IMG/VR virus record: IMGVR_UViG_3300025711_000239 | Location: 1 to 64,000 of that record | From: a virus | Lineage: Duplodnaviria; Caudoviricetes | Strand: one strand, 5' to 3' | DNA: 64,000 nt | Part shown: one piece after another, positions 1 to 10,858 of the stretch | Numbering within the stretch: position 1 is the first letter of the stretch | Layout: each line of letters begins with the position of its first letter | Notes under the pieces: model-generated | What the model was told of the DNA's origin: nothing | Database searches by the model: none | Seen by the model: the letters and a program-made list of their open reading frames with translations, nothing else | Made by a program: the position numbers and the translations under genes

Positions 1-483
1 ATGACAAAGAAAAAAGTTAACAAACCCGGTTCAGCCACTATTGCCCTCAATAAACGCGCACGTCATGAATACTTCATTGAAGAAGAGTTCGAGGCGGGTA
101 TGTCGTTGCAAGGATGGGAAGTCAAATCACTCCGTGCCGGTAAGGCTAACATCAGCGATAGCTACATTCTGTTGCGCGATGGTGAAGCTTACCTGTTCGG
201 CTCTACTTTCCAGCCGCTGGCGGTTGCTTCGACGCATGTGGTGTGTGATCCCACGCGAAGCCGCAAGCTGCTGCTGAAACAACGCGAACTCGATTCGCTG
301 TACGGTCGCGTCAACCGCGAAGGTTTTACCGTGGTTGCGCTGTCGATGTACTGGAAAAATGCCTGGGCCAAACTGAAAATCGGTGTGGCACGCGGTAAGA
401 AAGAGCACGACAAGCGTGACGACGTGAAAGAGCGCGAATGGAAGATGGACAAAGCGCGTATTATGAAGAATTCAAAGCGTTAA
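1..483 (+). CDS. smpB: SsrA-binding protein SmpB
   Basis: 160 aa with [16 protein letters not shown] and RKLLL motifs; directly upstream of tmRNA. Confidence 0.99.
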   Translation: MTKKKVNKPGSATIALNKRARHEYFIEEEFEAGMSLQGWEVKSLRAGKANISDSYILLRDGEAYLFGSTFQPLAVASTHVVCDPTRSRKLLLKQRELDSLYGRVNREGFTVVALSMYWKNAWAKLKIGVARGKKEHDKRDDVKEREWKMDKARIMKNSKR

Positions 484-527
484 GCGCTGGATTTTGGCGT
501 CGCTTGTCTGTAGTATTGAAATTTCTT

Positions 528-890
528 GGGGCTGATTCTGGACTCGACGGGATTGTGAAGCCTTAGGAGCATGCCGAGGGGCGGTTTGCCTCGTAAAAAG
601 CCGCAAAAAAATAGTCGCAAACGACGAAAACTACGCTTTAGCAGCTTAATAACCTGCTTTGAAGCCCTCTCTCCCTAGCTTCCGCTCTTAAGACGGGGAT
701 CAAGAGAGGTCAAACCCAAAAGAGATCGTGTGGATGCCTTGCCTGGGGTTGAAGCACTAAATCTAATCAGGCTAGTTTGTCAGTGGCGTGTCTGTCCGCA
801 GCTGGCCGGCGAATGTAAAGACTGACTAAGCATGTAGTGCCGACGGTGTAGTAATTTCGGACGCGGGTTCAACTCCCGCCAGCTCCACCA
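528..890 (+). ncRNA. ssrA: tmRNA
   Basis: GGGGCTGATTCTGG 5' end, tag ANDENYALAA at 617-649, 3' end CAGCTCCACCA. Confidence 0.99.
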
Positions 891-933
891 AAATCCTTCG
901 AAGATGATTCCAGAGTCATCCGTAGAAGTCCTG

Positions 934-968
934 AAAGCCCGCACGGCACAAGCCCTGCGGGCTTTTTT
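934..968 (+). terminator. Rho-independent terminator downstream of tmRNA
   Basis: AAAGCCCGCA...TGCGGGCTTTTTT hairpin with T-run. Confidence 0.75.
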
Positions 969-1010
969 GTGTCTGTAACCTTCCGAGACGATCCGCCTGA
1001 ATCCAGAGAT

Positions 1011-1065
1011 AATTGGTATACGAATTGGTATACGCTAGAATGTATGCCATTTACGTATACCAATT
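1011..1065. repeat. Integrase arm-type repeats
   Basis: AATTGGTATACG tandem at 1011 and 1023, inverted copy CGTATACCAATT at 1054-1065, just upstream of int. Confidence 0.7.
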
Positions 1066-1083
1066 CATGCAGGAAATACAGTC

Positions 1084-2304
1084 ATGGCAAGGACTACGCG
1101 CCCACTAACCAACACAGAAGTTCTACGCGCTAAAGCAGATGTTAAAGATATGACTCTGCATGATGGTGACGGCCTTTTTTTAGTAATCAAAACCAGTGGC
1201 AAAAAACTTTGGCGCTTTCGCTATCAACGTCCTTCCACGAAGCAACGGACAATGATCGGATTAGGGGCTTTCCCCGCCCTTTCGCTTGCCAATGCCCGCA
1301 GTTTGAGAGCGGACTATCTTGCAATGTTAGCCAATGGAATCGATCCGCAAGTTCAAGCTGAGGTTGCACAGGAGCAACACCAAGTTGCTTTGGATAGCAT
1401 TTTCTCAACCGTCGCTGCTAACTGGTTCCACCTTAAAAGCAAAAGCGTCACACCTGATTACGCGAAAGATATATGGCGTTCGTTAGAGAAAGATGTCTTC
1501 CCGACTGTAGGTGAGATACCCGTTCAAAAAATTAAGGCGAGAACTTTAGTTGATGCGCTTGAGCCAATTAAAGCTCGTGGGGCGTTAGAGACGGTTCGGC
1601 GATTGGTACAACGAATAAATGAAATAATGACTTACGCAGTCAATACAGGCCTGATTGATGCCAATCCAGCGTCAGGAATTGGCATGGCTTTTGAAAAGCC
1701 TAAAAAACAGCATATGCCTACATTACGTCCGGAAGAACTGCCAAAACTGATGCACTCATTAGTTATGTCGAATCTCTCTGTGACAACTCGTTGCCTGCTT
1801 GAATGGCAACTCCTAACTCTAGTACGTCCTTCTGAGGCCTCAGGAGCTAGGTGGTCTGAGATCAACCTTGATGCAAAACTTTGGACAATTCCGGAAGAGC
1901 GTATGAAGGCAAAGCGAGAACACATTATTCCTCTATCACCCCAAGCGATAGAGATTTTAGAAGTTATGAAGCCTATCAGTGGTAGCCGCGAGCATGTTTT
2001 TCCTAGCAGGAATGATCCTAAACTATCAATGAATAGCCAGACTGCTAATGCAGCTTTAAAACGAATTGGCTATGGGGGCAAGCTTGTTGCTCACGGATTA
2101 CGTTCCATAGCAAGCACAGCCCTAAACGAAAATGGCTTCAATGCAGATGTAATTGAAGCAGCATTAGCTCACTCAGATAAAAACGAAGTAAGACGCGCAT
2201 ATAACCGCTCTACTTATTTAGAAAAAAGGCGAGAGTTAATGAATTGGTGGGGCATTATTGTTCATCAATCTGCAGGTTATAAATATATATCTGGTCCAAC
2301 ATAA
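1084..2304 (+). CDS. P4-family tyrosine integrase
   Basis: DGDGL arm-binding N-terminus, RPSE, HGLR, ALAH and AYNR catalytic motifs; adjacent to tmRNA 3' end. Confidence 0.96.
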   Translation: MARTTRPLTNTEVLRAKADVKDMTLHDGDGLFLVIKTSGKKLWRFRYQRPSTKQRTMIGLGAFPALSLANARSLRADYLAMLANGIDPQVQAEVAQEQHQVALDSIFSTVAANWFHLKSKSVTPDYAKDIWRSLEKDVFPTVGEIPVQKIKARTLVDALEPIKARGALETVRRLVQRINEIMTYAVNTGLIDANPASGIGMAFEKPKKQHMPTLRPEELPKLMHSLVMSNLSVTTRCLLEWQLLTLVRPSEASGARWSEINLDAKLWTIPEERMKAKREHIIPLSPQAIEILEVMKPISGSREHVFPSRNDPKLSMNSQTANAALKRIGYGGKLVAHGLRSIASTALNENGFNADVIEAALAHSDKNEVRRAYNRSTYLEKRRELMNWWGIIVHQSAGYKYISGPT

Positions 2305-2495
2305 AATTTTTTTAGCAAGATTCTATAAAGTTAAGTGAGCCGAAGCCGATAACGTTCAAAATCAATAAGATTAAAAGTTAGGAAACTCGAGGCCAAGATA
2401 TATCGTGACTAATTTAATTTATTCAATACATTAATCTAAGAAATGATAAACCCTGGGATATTAAATTTTTTTATACATTATGGTTTCATCTATTC

Positions 2496-5400
2496 ATGGA
2501 TTTGAAAGGAACAGTTATGGCTATAGAAGATGAGAGCGCAGAATTTCCCGTAAAAGTTCTGGAAGCGGCAGAACGAGTTTTTAATATTTTGTGGAATAGC
2601 GATTCCAATCAAGATTTATGGCACTGGCTGATTTTAGTAGTCAGCGCTTTTATTATTTGCTCATCAGTCTTGATTTTATTAATTAAGTCTTTTGGAGGGT
2701 TATTTGAAAATATAGCCAGTTGTATTGAATCTTATAAATCAAGCGGCCTTCCATTATGGCAGAACAAATCAAACAAAACATCAATAAAAAAGAGAAAGCA
2801 ATTTTGCGCAGTTCTTGAGGCTGACTTATCTTATTTAGCAAAAGCAGAAAACTGGAACGATCAGTATTTCACCGATCTTGAGGCTGAGGTTGAAACTGAA
2901 GGAGGTTATTATGCCTCGGCTTTGGACAAATTACGTAACAAAAAATCTTTTGGTCTACGTAAAGAATCATCCCTAATTCGCGCTATAACTAAAAGTACTG
3001 AACGAGCAATGCAACTTGTAGGCGAACCTGGATCGGGTAAAAGTGTAGCTTTGAGGCATTTAGCAAAACAATTTGCAGAGCGTGGTAGAAAATCCAATGA
3101 TAAAAATGCAGTTGTTCCGCTTTATGTAAATTTGCGTGAAATTGAATTAGACAATAAAGAAGATGTAAATGCAGATAGCATTCGTGAGTTTATATTAGAT
3201 AATATCCGACGAGGAGATGCGGATACTTCAGCTTTTGTGAGAGATAACTGGCAAGATTACTGTTCGAGAGGCATATGGCTTTTTTTATTTGATTCATTCG
3301 ATGAAATACCAGCAGTACTCCATGCAGAAACTGGAAGTAATGTAATAAAAAAATACTCACAAGCTCTGAGGCAGTTTTTAGAAGGAATGGGAGAGTGTAA
3401 AGGCATCTTAGCATCTCGTGAATTTAAGGGCCCAGAAGCTTTACCTTGGAAAAAACTGCGTATTTTACCTTTGACTGGTGAAAAGCAAGATGAACTGATT
3501 CTTAATTCTTTTCTTAATGAAGAAAACATGAAAATGGTACGTCAACATCTTGCAAGCTCGCATAGTAGCATAGGTTCTACACCACTTTTTTTAACACTAT
3601 TGTGTCGCTATGTAAGGGATGAATATAAGCCACCAAATAATGATCATGATATATTATTCCAGCATATTGATAGGCTATCGCGCAGAGAGCCTGAATATTT
3701 ACTTCGTAAATATAATCTCAATCCTGCAGAGCTTGTGATAGGGGCTGAACGTCTCGCTAGGCTGTTTGCAGAAGACGACGACCTGAGTTTAGCCCCATCA
3801 TTAGATCAAATAAGGTCTAAACTACCAGTTACTGAAATACCTGGCGACTCTCTTGAGAATTTAATTTCTGCATTAGTTGATTCTAAAATTGGACGCGCAG
3901 ATGTACCAAATGCGTCAATTGGAGATCGACGTTTTGCTTTTGCACATCGTCGTTACCAAGAGGCACTATTTGTCCGCTATCTGACCACACATCCAGAAGC
4001 CATTTCGCCATCAATTCTTCTCACTGAAAATCGTTGGAGAGAATATACGGTAACACTTCTGCAAACACGCGAATATGAGGAATTTAGCCATCTCTTAAGC
4101 CACGCAAGTTTTATCCTTAGCCAATGTGCTAGTCAAAATAAGTTTAAATTGTGCGGGCAGCCACCTTTACCATCAAATCTAGGCTACTATGATTGGTCGG
4201 ATGAGACTGCTATACAACTTCTTAGTTTACTACAAGAAGGATTAGCGCATAGATTACAAGATATACCTTACTCATTAGCCTCTGCTGTATTAAACTTCTT
4301 AAAGCCTAGGTGGGAAAAAGGGGACTCTTTTGATCGTAATGAAGTTTTGCGCTTAGGCGGCCTTCTCCCACACGATATTTTAGTTAAATATCTCGTTGAG
4401 ACATTTAGTGATGGTACCAAGTCTGAACGGCTCCATGCGTTTAAACAAACAGCTTTCACACAGAGACTTCCAGAAAAAGAAAAAGCTGTAGTCTTAAGAA
4501 TGCTTTCAAATCAGATAATCATGGCTAAAGATAGAGCAGAATTACTATCTATTGAAGCATTAGCCGCTAGGCTGCCATCTGATATGGGCGCAAATGTTGT
4601 TGTTAATAGAAGTGTCCGTTTAAGACGTAATTTCGGGTTATTAAGGAAAATTGTACCTAACTTTCTCATGGTTGATCATCCATCCATTTTAATTTCTATT
4701 TTTGGCTCTATTTTTAACACGCCTAGTTTTGGACCTAAGGTTTTACTTAGGCACATTAAAGATAACTATCAGAACACAAAGCCAAAGTATGACTTTAGTT
4801 TCTTTTCTTTCCTAGTAGTGTTCACTTGGGCAGTCCTTGCGGCAAATTTGATAAAATACCAATCAAATATTATTTTATTTACATTTGTCATGCAGTCGAT
4901 ACTAATCACTTTTCTTATTTATTTATTTTTACCTTTTTCATTCCGCCACTATGGCAAAAAGGTAAAGGCTGTCGACGTTATAATCTGGCTTATATCTTTT
5001 GTTAAAACCAAAAAAATCATTAAAAGTTTTATCTTACTCTCTACATCTATGAGTTTATTTTTCGTTTTTAACTATATTCTAGGATATTCAACCATGTGGT
5101 TAGTGCATGAATACCTTCCAACTTACCTTGATAAATTTAATGTAATAACGTCCAATTCTTACATTCTGTCTGGTTCAATAATTACGATCAGCATTATGTA
5201 TATTGTTTTACTTGCAAAGATTTCAATTTACTCAAAAAGAAAAAAACACTTAAACAAGACATCTTTAGCTAGATTAAATCATGCTAAGCAACAAGAGGGT
5301 TCTGATATTGCTGTAATTTACTGCGCTGAGAATCGCGAAGAGTTAATATATTGGCTTGAATATGATAGTGACCTGATGAGTGACGTTCATTCAATTCGTA

Positions 5401-5585
5401 TTTTTTCATCATTTATTTTGAGCATCTTACGTGCTGAAAATTCAGAATGCGAATCTGACGTCTACTTAAACCCTAAATGCCTGAGCTTCAGAAAAACAAC
5501 AGAAAACTCGAAAAGAATTAAAATAAACAGCAACTACAGTTGGATACGGCAAAACTTAGAGGACCGATTAATTAAAGCTTCTTAG
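2496..5585 (+). CDS. NACHT/STAND NTPase with N- and C-terminal transmembrane segments, probable anti-phage protein
   Basis: Walker A GEPGSGKS, Walker B FLFDSFDE, TPLFL and FAFAHRRYQE motifs; hydrophobic stretches; AT-rich. Confidence 0.8.
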   Translation: MDLKGTVMAIEDESAEFPVKVLEAAERVFNILWNSDSNQDLWHWLILVVSAFIICSSVLILLIKSFGGLFENIASCIESYKSSGLPLWQNKSNKTSIKKRKQFCAVLEADLSYLAKAENWNDQYFTDLEAEVETEGGYYASALDKLRNKKSFGLRKESSLIRAITKSTERAMQLVGEPGSGKSVALRHLAKQFAERGRKSNDKNAVVPLYVNLREIELDNKEDVNADSIREFILDNIRRGDADTSAFVRDNWQDYCSRGIWLFLFDSFDEIPAVLHAETGSNVIKKYSQALRQFLEGMGECKGILASREFKGPEALPWKKLRILPLTGEKQDELILNSFLNEENMKMVRQHLASSHSSIGSTPLFLTLLCRYVRDEYKPPNNDHDILFQHIDRLSRREPEYLLRKYNLNPAELVIGAERLARLFAEDDDLSLAPSLDQIRSKLPVTEIPGDSLENLISALVDSKIGRADVPNASIGDRRFAFAHRRYQEALFVRYLTTHPEAISPSILLTENRWREYTVTLLQTREYEEFSHLLSHASFILSQCASQNKFKLCGQPPLPSNLGYYDWSDETAIQLLSLLQEGLAHRLQDIPYSLASAVLNFLKPRWEKGDSFDRNEVLRLGGLLPHDILVKYLVETFSDGTKSERLHAFKQTAFTQRLPEKEKAVVLRMLSNQIIMAKDRAELLSIEALAARLPSDMGANVVVNRSVRLRRNFGLLRKIVPNFLMVDHPSILISIFGSIFNTPSFGPKVLLRHIKDNYQNTKPKYDFSFFSFLVVFTWAVLAANLIKYQSNIILFTFVMQSILITFLIYLFLPFSFRHYGKKVKAVDVIIWLISFVKTKKIIKSFILLSTSMSLFFVFNYILGYSTMWLVHEYLPTYLDKFNVITSNSYILSGSIITISIMYIVLLAKISIYSKRKKHLNKTSLARLNHAKQQEGSDIAVIYCAENREELIYWLEYDSDLMSDVHSIRIFSSFILSILRAENSECESDVYLNPKCLSFRKTTENSKRIKINSNYSWIRQNLEDRLIKAS

Positions 5586-5595
5586 CGAGTTAATA

Positions 5596-5633
5596 AGGTC
5601 TCTGTCTTTTCATTTGACAAGCAGAGACCTTTT
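5596..5633 (+). terminator. Terminator after NACHT gene
   Basis: AAGGTCTCTG...CAGAGACCTTTT. Confidence 0.7.
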
Positions 5634-5794
5634 ATAAACACATCCGGAAGTTTAAAAATAACCCATCAATTTTACTTTTAAATAAAGACAGAAATGCAGG
5701 AGTTTAGTCACATACTGAGCATGTTAAGTGGTCAACTGAGTAGATTTTAAAGGTCCTCAATTAAAGGCTAGCTATAATTCAGCTATTGCGCGCG

Positions 5795-5813
5795 CTCGTA
5801 CCCCCGCCACGCC
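5795..5813 (-). other. P2/186/P4-type cos-like site
   Basis: Minus strand GGCGTGGCGGGGGTACGAG resembles the recalled 186 cos GGCGTGGCGGGGAAAGCAT; position matches P4 layout. Confidence 0.6.
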
Positions 5814-6016
5814 TGCCCGCTTGATGTAGCAGTTTTCATGCGGCTGCATGAGTCCCTTCAGGCCGCGCCACTGCTGGCCTCAATAGCATAAACTCAGCTG
5901 CATTTATTCATGCGCTTTCATGCAGCATAGGCATGCACCCATGCGCTTCAGGCTGGCCAGAGAAAAGGGATGTAAAAAAACCGGCACGATGGCCGGTCAG
6001 GAATTGCTGATGAAGC

Positions 6017-6289
6017 TCAACCGGGGGCGTTCTGGCGGTTCGAAAGTCTGCTGGCCGATCCATAACGGTTTAGCGTCTGCCGTTGTGGCGGTGATTCTTT
6101 CTCAGGGACTTCTTCAGCTACCTTCTGCGGCTTCATGATAATGGTGTCCAGGATCTCCAGCGTTGTGAACGTGCAGGAACAGTCGATATTACGACACTGA
6201 TACCACGTCTTTTTTAACGTACCTGTCTGATATTCGCTGGTACGCGTGTGTGCGGTCATGCTGCATTCAGGGCATTTCATTGCCATCAC
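6017..6289 (-). CDS. Ogr/Delta-like zinc-finger late activator
   Basis: CPEC...AHTRTS...YQCRNIDCSCTF. Confidence 0.9.
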   Translation of the reverse strand: MMAMKCPECSMTAHTRTSEYQTGTLKKTWYQCRNIDCSCTFTTLEILDTIIMKPQKVAEEVPEKESPPQRQTLNRYGSASRLSNRQNAPG

Positions 6290-6536
6290 GTTTTATCCTT
6301 CTGTTTAACGCCAGTCACCGTCCAGGCCGGAGTTAACGGTTTATTAAAGCCGTTATCGTTAGCTTTCTTCGAAGAGTGAGAGCCATTAGCGGCTCCGGTG
6401 AATGCATTGTGTCGTTGCTGGCACAGTCCAGCTATGGGATGGCGTTGTGTGATGGCCCAGACAAAATGACCTTCTTCTGGCTGGCGGCAAGGTGACATAT
6501 TGGGTCCCTGTTCAACTTTTAAATTTATATATATCC

Positions 6537-6637
6537 TTCACCATTCTTCACCTCAATAAAAAAGAGAGTAAATACAGTATATTAAAGGGTGAATGATTAA
6601 TGGTTATCCCTTCACCCAGTGTTCACCATGCTTCACC
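6537..6637. repeat. P4-like replication origin iterons
   Basis: TTCACC at 6537, 6547, 6611, 6622, 6632 and inverted GGTGAA at 6588 in AT-rich DNA; P4 type I iteron is TGTTCACC. Confidence 0.7.
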
Positions 6638-6915
6638 CAACTTTTTATGCAGATAAACCTTTTCGAGTGTTTATTTCGATTGTTTTAATGAAAATTAATC
6701 ATTAAAAACGATTTGCATAATTCATCTCAGCACTATTGGTCTATATTGCCCTATATTTACCTGTGCAAAAAACAGGCGGCTAATTTTTGCGCATTTGTAC
6801 CAGCTGCAGCACCCTTTCGCCTTGTTGCTTTGGCAGTAAATATGCTGAGAATAAAGAGCTACCCGACTTCGGACGTATCTGTCCGTATCACCACGGACTC
6901 AAAAAGAGGTAGCTC

Positions 6916-7182
6916 ATGCACACCGTATTATCCGCAAACTCCTCCGCTCCTGCGGCCCCGGCTTTACCCGTAAACCCGGCGCTGAATGACCGCTTCCTGC
7001 GGCTGCCGGAAGTCATGCACGTCTGCGGCCTGTCCCGCTCCACCATTTACGACCTTATCAGCCGCAACGCCTTCCCGGCGCAGGTGTCGCTTGGCGGCAA
7101 GAACGTGGCATGGCTCGCCAGTGAAATCAGCGTCTGGATGAGCGATCGCATTGCAGCACGCGGTCAGGAGCGTACCGCATGA
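6916..7182 (+). CDS. alpA: AlpA/Vis family regulator or excisionase
   Basis: RFLRLPEV...GLSRSTIY...FP...LGGKNVAW. Confidence 0.93.
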   Translation: MHTVLSANSSAPAAPALPVNPALNDRFLRLPEVMHVCGLSRSTIYDLISRNAFPAQVSLGGKNVAWLASEISVWMSDRIAARGQERTA

Positions 7183-7400
7183 GGTTTTTGAACCATGCCG
7201 GTAAATCAAGCCAACCCTCTGTCGCGCTCGCAATCCCGCTTGTGCATATGGGTGGCGCCGGGATGGGTAAACCGCCACAGCCGCAGCGCTTTCTCGCAAT
7301 GAAGCCATCCTTCAGCATGCAAAGTGCAGCATCCCGTCCTCCGGTATCCGGACTGTTTCCCGTGGCGACATTCATCCCGCCAGCTGCTGAGGTTGCCTGA
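7179..7400 (+). CDS. Small hypothetical protein
   Basis: Start and stop overlap alpA and ash; no motif. Confidence 0.4.
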   Translation: MRFLNHAGKSSQPSVALAIPLVHMGGAGMGKPPQPQRFLAMKPSFSMQSAASRPPVSGLFPVATFIPPAAEVA

Positions 7401-7939
7401 TGTCATTTTTAACTGCTGCTTCCGGCTTGCGCGCCGGGGCCATTCCCTGGTACAGTAATTCCGCTGTCGCAAAATCGGCAGCCGGGATTGGCGTCCTGAA
7501 TATAACGTTGGCGACACCAGACGCGCCTTGCGTCTTTTTTTGTGTCTGTGCCCTGATGCACCCATTTTCCGGGCGACGGTTCTGTATCCGTTGTACCTTC
7601 CGCGTAATGGTGGCTCAGGCGGGGGCTTCTCACGAAGCGCCGGTTTCCAATGTTGCCGGTTACGCCAACCCCGTCTGGGCTACCACCAGTGAAATTGGCG
7701 TTTCCGGTGGTAGCTGTACGCTACTAACATTGGAGACTGCCATCATGGCTACGGTCCTTAATTCCCCATACCCTCAGTTTGTTTTCGTCTTTGCCGCCGT
7801 CCGCCGCTGCGAGCGCCAGCAGCATATTCACATGCTCCGCACCGTTGCCGCCGATGAGCGCGCCGCCCGCCTTTCGCTTTCCCGTGACTACGTGCTGTCC
7901 TTTGCCGCCCGCCTGCCGGTCCGGGAGGTGCGCGCATGA
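7400..7939 (+). CDS. Ash/Icd-like protein
   Basis: [10 protein letters not shown] and [12 protein letters not shown]...[10 protein letters not shown] motifs of P4-like immunity regions. Confidence 0.8.
   Translation: MSFLTAASGLRAGAIPWYSNSAVAKSAAGIGVLNITLATPDAPCVFFCVCALMHPFSGRRFCIRCTFRVMVAQAGASHEAPVSNVAGYANPVWATTSEIGVSGGSCTLLTLETAIMATVLNSPYPQFVFVFAAVRRCERQQHIHMLRTVAADERAARLSLSRDYVLSFAARLPVREVRA
7608..7688 (+). ncRNA. c4/CI-like immunity antisense RNA
   Basis: TGGTGGCTCAGGCGGGG...CCCCGTCTGGGCTACCACCA long stem containing GCCAA; complementary TTGGCG sites near 7487 and 7695. Confidence 0.6.
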
Positions 7940-8160
7940 CTCACGCCACGATTTCTCACGCCGACCTCGTACGCCTTGAACACCTGCGTAACGCCGGGCG
8001 CTTTGTCAGCGATATGACGGCCTTTCAGGAGTGCCACGAACTCCCGCAGCCCGCTCAGCGCGAACAGCTGGCATCGCTGGTCTTTCTCATCACCGAGCAG
8101 CTGGATGAAGTGGTGACGCGCTGCCAGAACAACTGGATGAACGCGGAGGATGAATCATGA
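7936..8160 (+). CDS. P4-like hypothetical protein
   Basis: ATGA-coupled within the alpA-primase operon. Confidence 0.7.
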   Translation: MTHATISHADLVRLEHLRNAGRFVSDMTAFQECHELPQPAQREQLASLVFLITEQLDEVVTRCQNNWMNAEDES

Positions 8161-8480
8161 AAGACCGCACCCTTTCGCCTGAACTGCGCGCCGCGCTTTC
8201 ACGCCGCGCCGTCGCCTGCGCGTGGCTGACAATCTGCCATGAACAGCAGCGCTACCCCGGCCTGACGCTGACGCGCCTTGAGCACTTTATCGAAACCGAG
8301 CTGGAGGGCTTTTACCTGCGCCAGCACGGACGCCTGCGCGGTCAGGAAATTGCCTGCGCGCTGCTGGACGACCTGCTTTCCACCGGGCCGCTGAAGTCGG
8401 CCCCGCGCCTGAGCTTTCTCGGCCAGGTGATGATGGATGAACTCTGCGGGCGCATGACAGACGCGCCGGTGCTGCACTGA
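8157..8480 (+). CDS. DUF5375-like protein
   Basis: [12 protein letters not shown]...[11 protein letters not shown]; usual position before P4 primase. Confidence 0.75.
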   Translation: MKDRTLSPELRAALSRRAVACAWLTICHEQQRYPGLTLTRLEHFIETELEGFYLRQHGRLRGQEIACALLDDLLSTGPLKSAPRLSFLGQVMMDELCGRMTDAPVLH

Positions 8481-8494
8481 GGGAGAACAGAACG

Positions 8495-10819
8495 ATGAAA
8501 ATGACCGTATCAGAAGCGGCCACCGCTGCGCGGGGCCACTGGCCCCGCATTCTGCCCGCGCTGGGCGTGAAGGTAATCAAAAACCGCCACATGCCGTGCC
8601 CGGTCTGTCAGGGAACGGACCGCTTTCGCTTCGACGATAAGGACGGGCGCGGCACGTGGATTTGTAATCAGTGCGGTGCCGGTGACGGCATGGACCTGGT
8701 GAAAAAGGCGCTCAGCATTACGTTCAGAGAGGCCGCCGTGCGCGTAAACGAACTGACCGGCAACCTGCCGCCGGTAGCGGCAGGCAACAGCACGGCAGCC
8801 GGTCCCGAAACGGACGAGGCATCCCGCGCCGCAGCGGCTGCACTGGCGCAGCAGCTGGTCAGCACGGCAAAGGAAGCGGCGGGCAACGCCTATCTGTCCC
8901 GGAAGGGGCTGCCAGAGCAGGCGTGCCTTACACTTTCAAAGGCGCATAAGGTGGCGTTAACGACCTACCGCACCGGCGATGTGGTTGTGCCCCTGCACGA
9001 CATGAGCGGCCAGCTGGTTAACGTGCAGCTCATCAATGCCAGCGGAGAGAAGCGCACGCTCAAGGGCGGCCAGGTGAAAGGCGCCTGCCACGTTCTCAGC
9101 AGCGCTAAGCCGGCAAAGCGCATCTGGCTCGCAGAGGGCTACGCGACCGGCCTGACGGTGCACAACCTGACCGGTGATGAGGTGTGGGTTGCGCTCTCAT
9201 CGGGCAACCTCCTTTCTCTGGCTGGCCTTGCCCGTGAAAACCACGCCACGCTGCAGCTGATGATTGCCGCCGACCGCGACCTTAACGGCAACGGTCAGGA
9301 TAAGGCGAAGAAGGCCGCTGATGTCAGTAAGGCCGTCGTCGCGCTGCCACCCGTGTTCGGCGACTGGAACGACGCCTTTGTGCAGCACGGCGACGTCCCG
9401 ACGAAGCAGGCGCTTGCTGAGGCCGCCGCGCCCGCCACCGCCAGCCCGTTTGACGTGATGAGCGAAGCGGAGTTTTCGGCCATGAGCGCCAGCGAAAAGG
9501 CGGAGCGCGTTGCTGAGCATTACCGCAATGCGCTGGCGGTGGATGCCAGCGGCGAAATCCTGTCACGCTACAGGGCGGGCGCGTGGAAGGTCATTTCGGG
9601 GAAGCAGTTTGAGCGCGACGTGGCGAAGCTGTTCCAGCGGCTGCGCGCGCCGTTCTCGGCGGGCAAAATTTCAGGCGTGGTGGATACGCTGAAGCTGATG
9701 CTGCCGCAGCAGTCCGACCCGGCGCGCCGCCTGATAGGCTTTCGCAACGGCGTACTGGACACCCGTACCGGCAGCTTCAGCCCGCACAGCAAACGCTTCT
9801 GGCTGCGCACGGTCAGCGAGGTGGACTTTACCCCGCCGGTTAAGGGCGAGACGCTGGCAACCCACGCGCCGCACTTCTGGCAGTGGCTGGACCGCGCCGC
9901 CGGACGAGACGCGGCAAAGCGCGATATTATTCTCGCCGCGCTGTTTATGGTGCTGGCGAATCGCTACGACTGGCAGCTGTTTCTGGAGGTCACGGGTCCC
10001 GGCGGCAGCGGCAAAAGCATCATGGCCGAAATCGCCACCATGCTGGCCGGAACGGACAACACCACCTCCGCGACCATCGAGACGCTGGAGTCATCGCGCG
10101 AGCGCGCGGCGGTGATTGGCTTCTCGCTGATAATTCTGCCCGACCAGGAGAAGTGGAGCGGCGACGGTGCGGGCATCAAGGCGATTACCGGCGGCGACGC
10201 GGTATCCGTGGACCCGAAGTACCGCGATGCCTACTCAACGCACATTCCGGCGGTGATTCTGGCGGTAAACAACAATCCGATGCGCTTCACCGACCGCAGC
10301 GGCGGCGTATCGCGCCGCCGGGTCATCCTGCACTTCCCGGAAATCATCCCGGCAAACGAGCGCGACCCGCAGCTGAAGGAAAAAATCAGCGGCGAGCTGG
10401 CCGTCATCGTGCGCCAGCTGATGCAGCAGTTCAGCCAGCCGCAGGACGCAAGGGCGTTGCTTCAGTCGCAGCAGAACTCCGATGAGGCGATGCGCATCAA
10501 GCGCGACGCGGATCCGATGGTGGACTTCTGCGGCTACCTGTTCACCACGCCGGAGCCTACTTCGCTTTACATGGGGAACGCCAGCATCAGGCCCTTACAG
10601 CCAAGACGCTATCTTTACCATGCCTATCTGGCTTATATGGAGGCGAACGGTTACAGGAATCCACTCAGCATGAAGATGTTCAGTCTGTCGCTGGAGAGCA
10701 TTATGCGTGAGTACGGGCGTCATTATCTGAAGCGGCGCACGAAGCTGGGGATGCAGACCAATCTCGATCTGACTGAGGAAAGCAGTTCTGACTGGCTGCC
10801 CAAGTGTGATGCCACCTGA
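8495..10819 (+). CDS. P4 alpha-type primase/helicase
   Basis: CPVC/CNQC zinc finger, Toprim EGYATG, SF3 helicase GPGGSGKS. Confidence 0.96.
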   Translation: MKMTVSEAATAARGHWPRILPALGVKVIKNRHMPCPVCQGTDRFRFDDKDGRGTWICNQCGAGDGMDLVKKALSITFREAAVRVNELTGNLPPVAAGNSTAAGPETDEASRAAAAALAQQLVSTAKEAAGNAYLSRKGLPEQACLTLSKAHKVALTTYRTGDVVVPLHDMSGQLVNVQLINASGEKRTLKGGQVKGACHVLSSAKPAKRIWLAEGYATGLTVHNLTGDEVWVALSSGNLLSLAGLARENHATLQLMIAADRDLNGNGQDKAKKAADVSKAVVALPPVFGDWNDAFVQHGDVPTKQALAEAAAPATASPFDVMSEAEFSAMSASEKAERVAEHYRNALAVDASGEILSRYRAGAWKVISGKQFERDVAKLFQRLRAPFSAGKISGVVDTLKLMLPQQSDPARRLIGFRNGVLDTRTGSFSPHSKRFWLRTVSEVDFTPPVKGETLATHAPHFWQWLDRAAGRDAAKRDIILAALFMVLANRYDWQLFLEVTGPGGSGKSIMAEIATMLAGTDNTTSATIETLESSRERAAVIGFSLIILPDQEKWSGDGAGIKAITGGDAVSVDPKYRDAYSTHIPAVILAVNNNPMRFTDRSGGVSRRRVILHFPEIIPANERDPQLKEKISGELAVIVRQLMQQFSQPQDARALLQSQQNSDEAMRIKRDADPMVDFCGYLFTTPEPTSLYMGNASIRPLQPRRYLYHAYLAYMEANGYRNPLSMKMFSLSLESIMREYGRHYLKRRTKLGMQTNLDLTEESSSDWLPKCDAT

Positions 10820-10836
10820 AATTCATAATATTTAGA

Positions 10837-10858
10837 ACCGGCGAAAGCCGGTTTTTTG
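10837..10858 (+). terminator. Terminator after primase
   Basis: AACCGGCGAAAGCCGGTTTTTT. Confidence 0.8.

Noticed and set aside
6286-6498. 70-aa ORF upstream of ogr as a sid remnant
   Set aside because: No recognisable similarity; cannot be supported
9883-10485. 200-aa alternative-frame ORF in the primase
   Set aside because: Arg-rich shadow typical of GC-rich coding DNA
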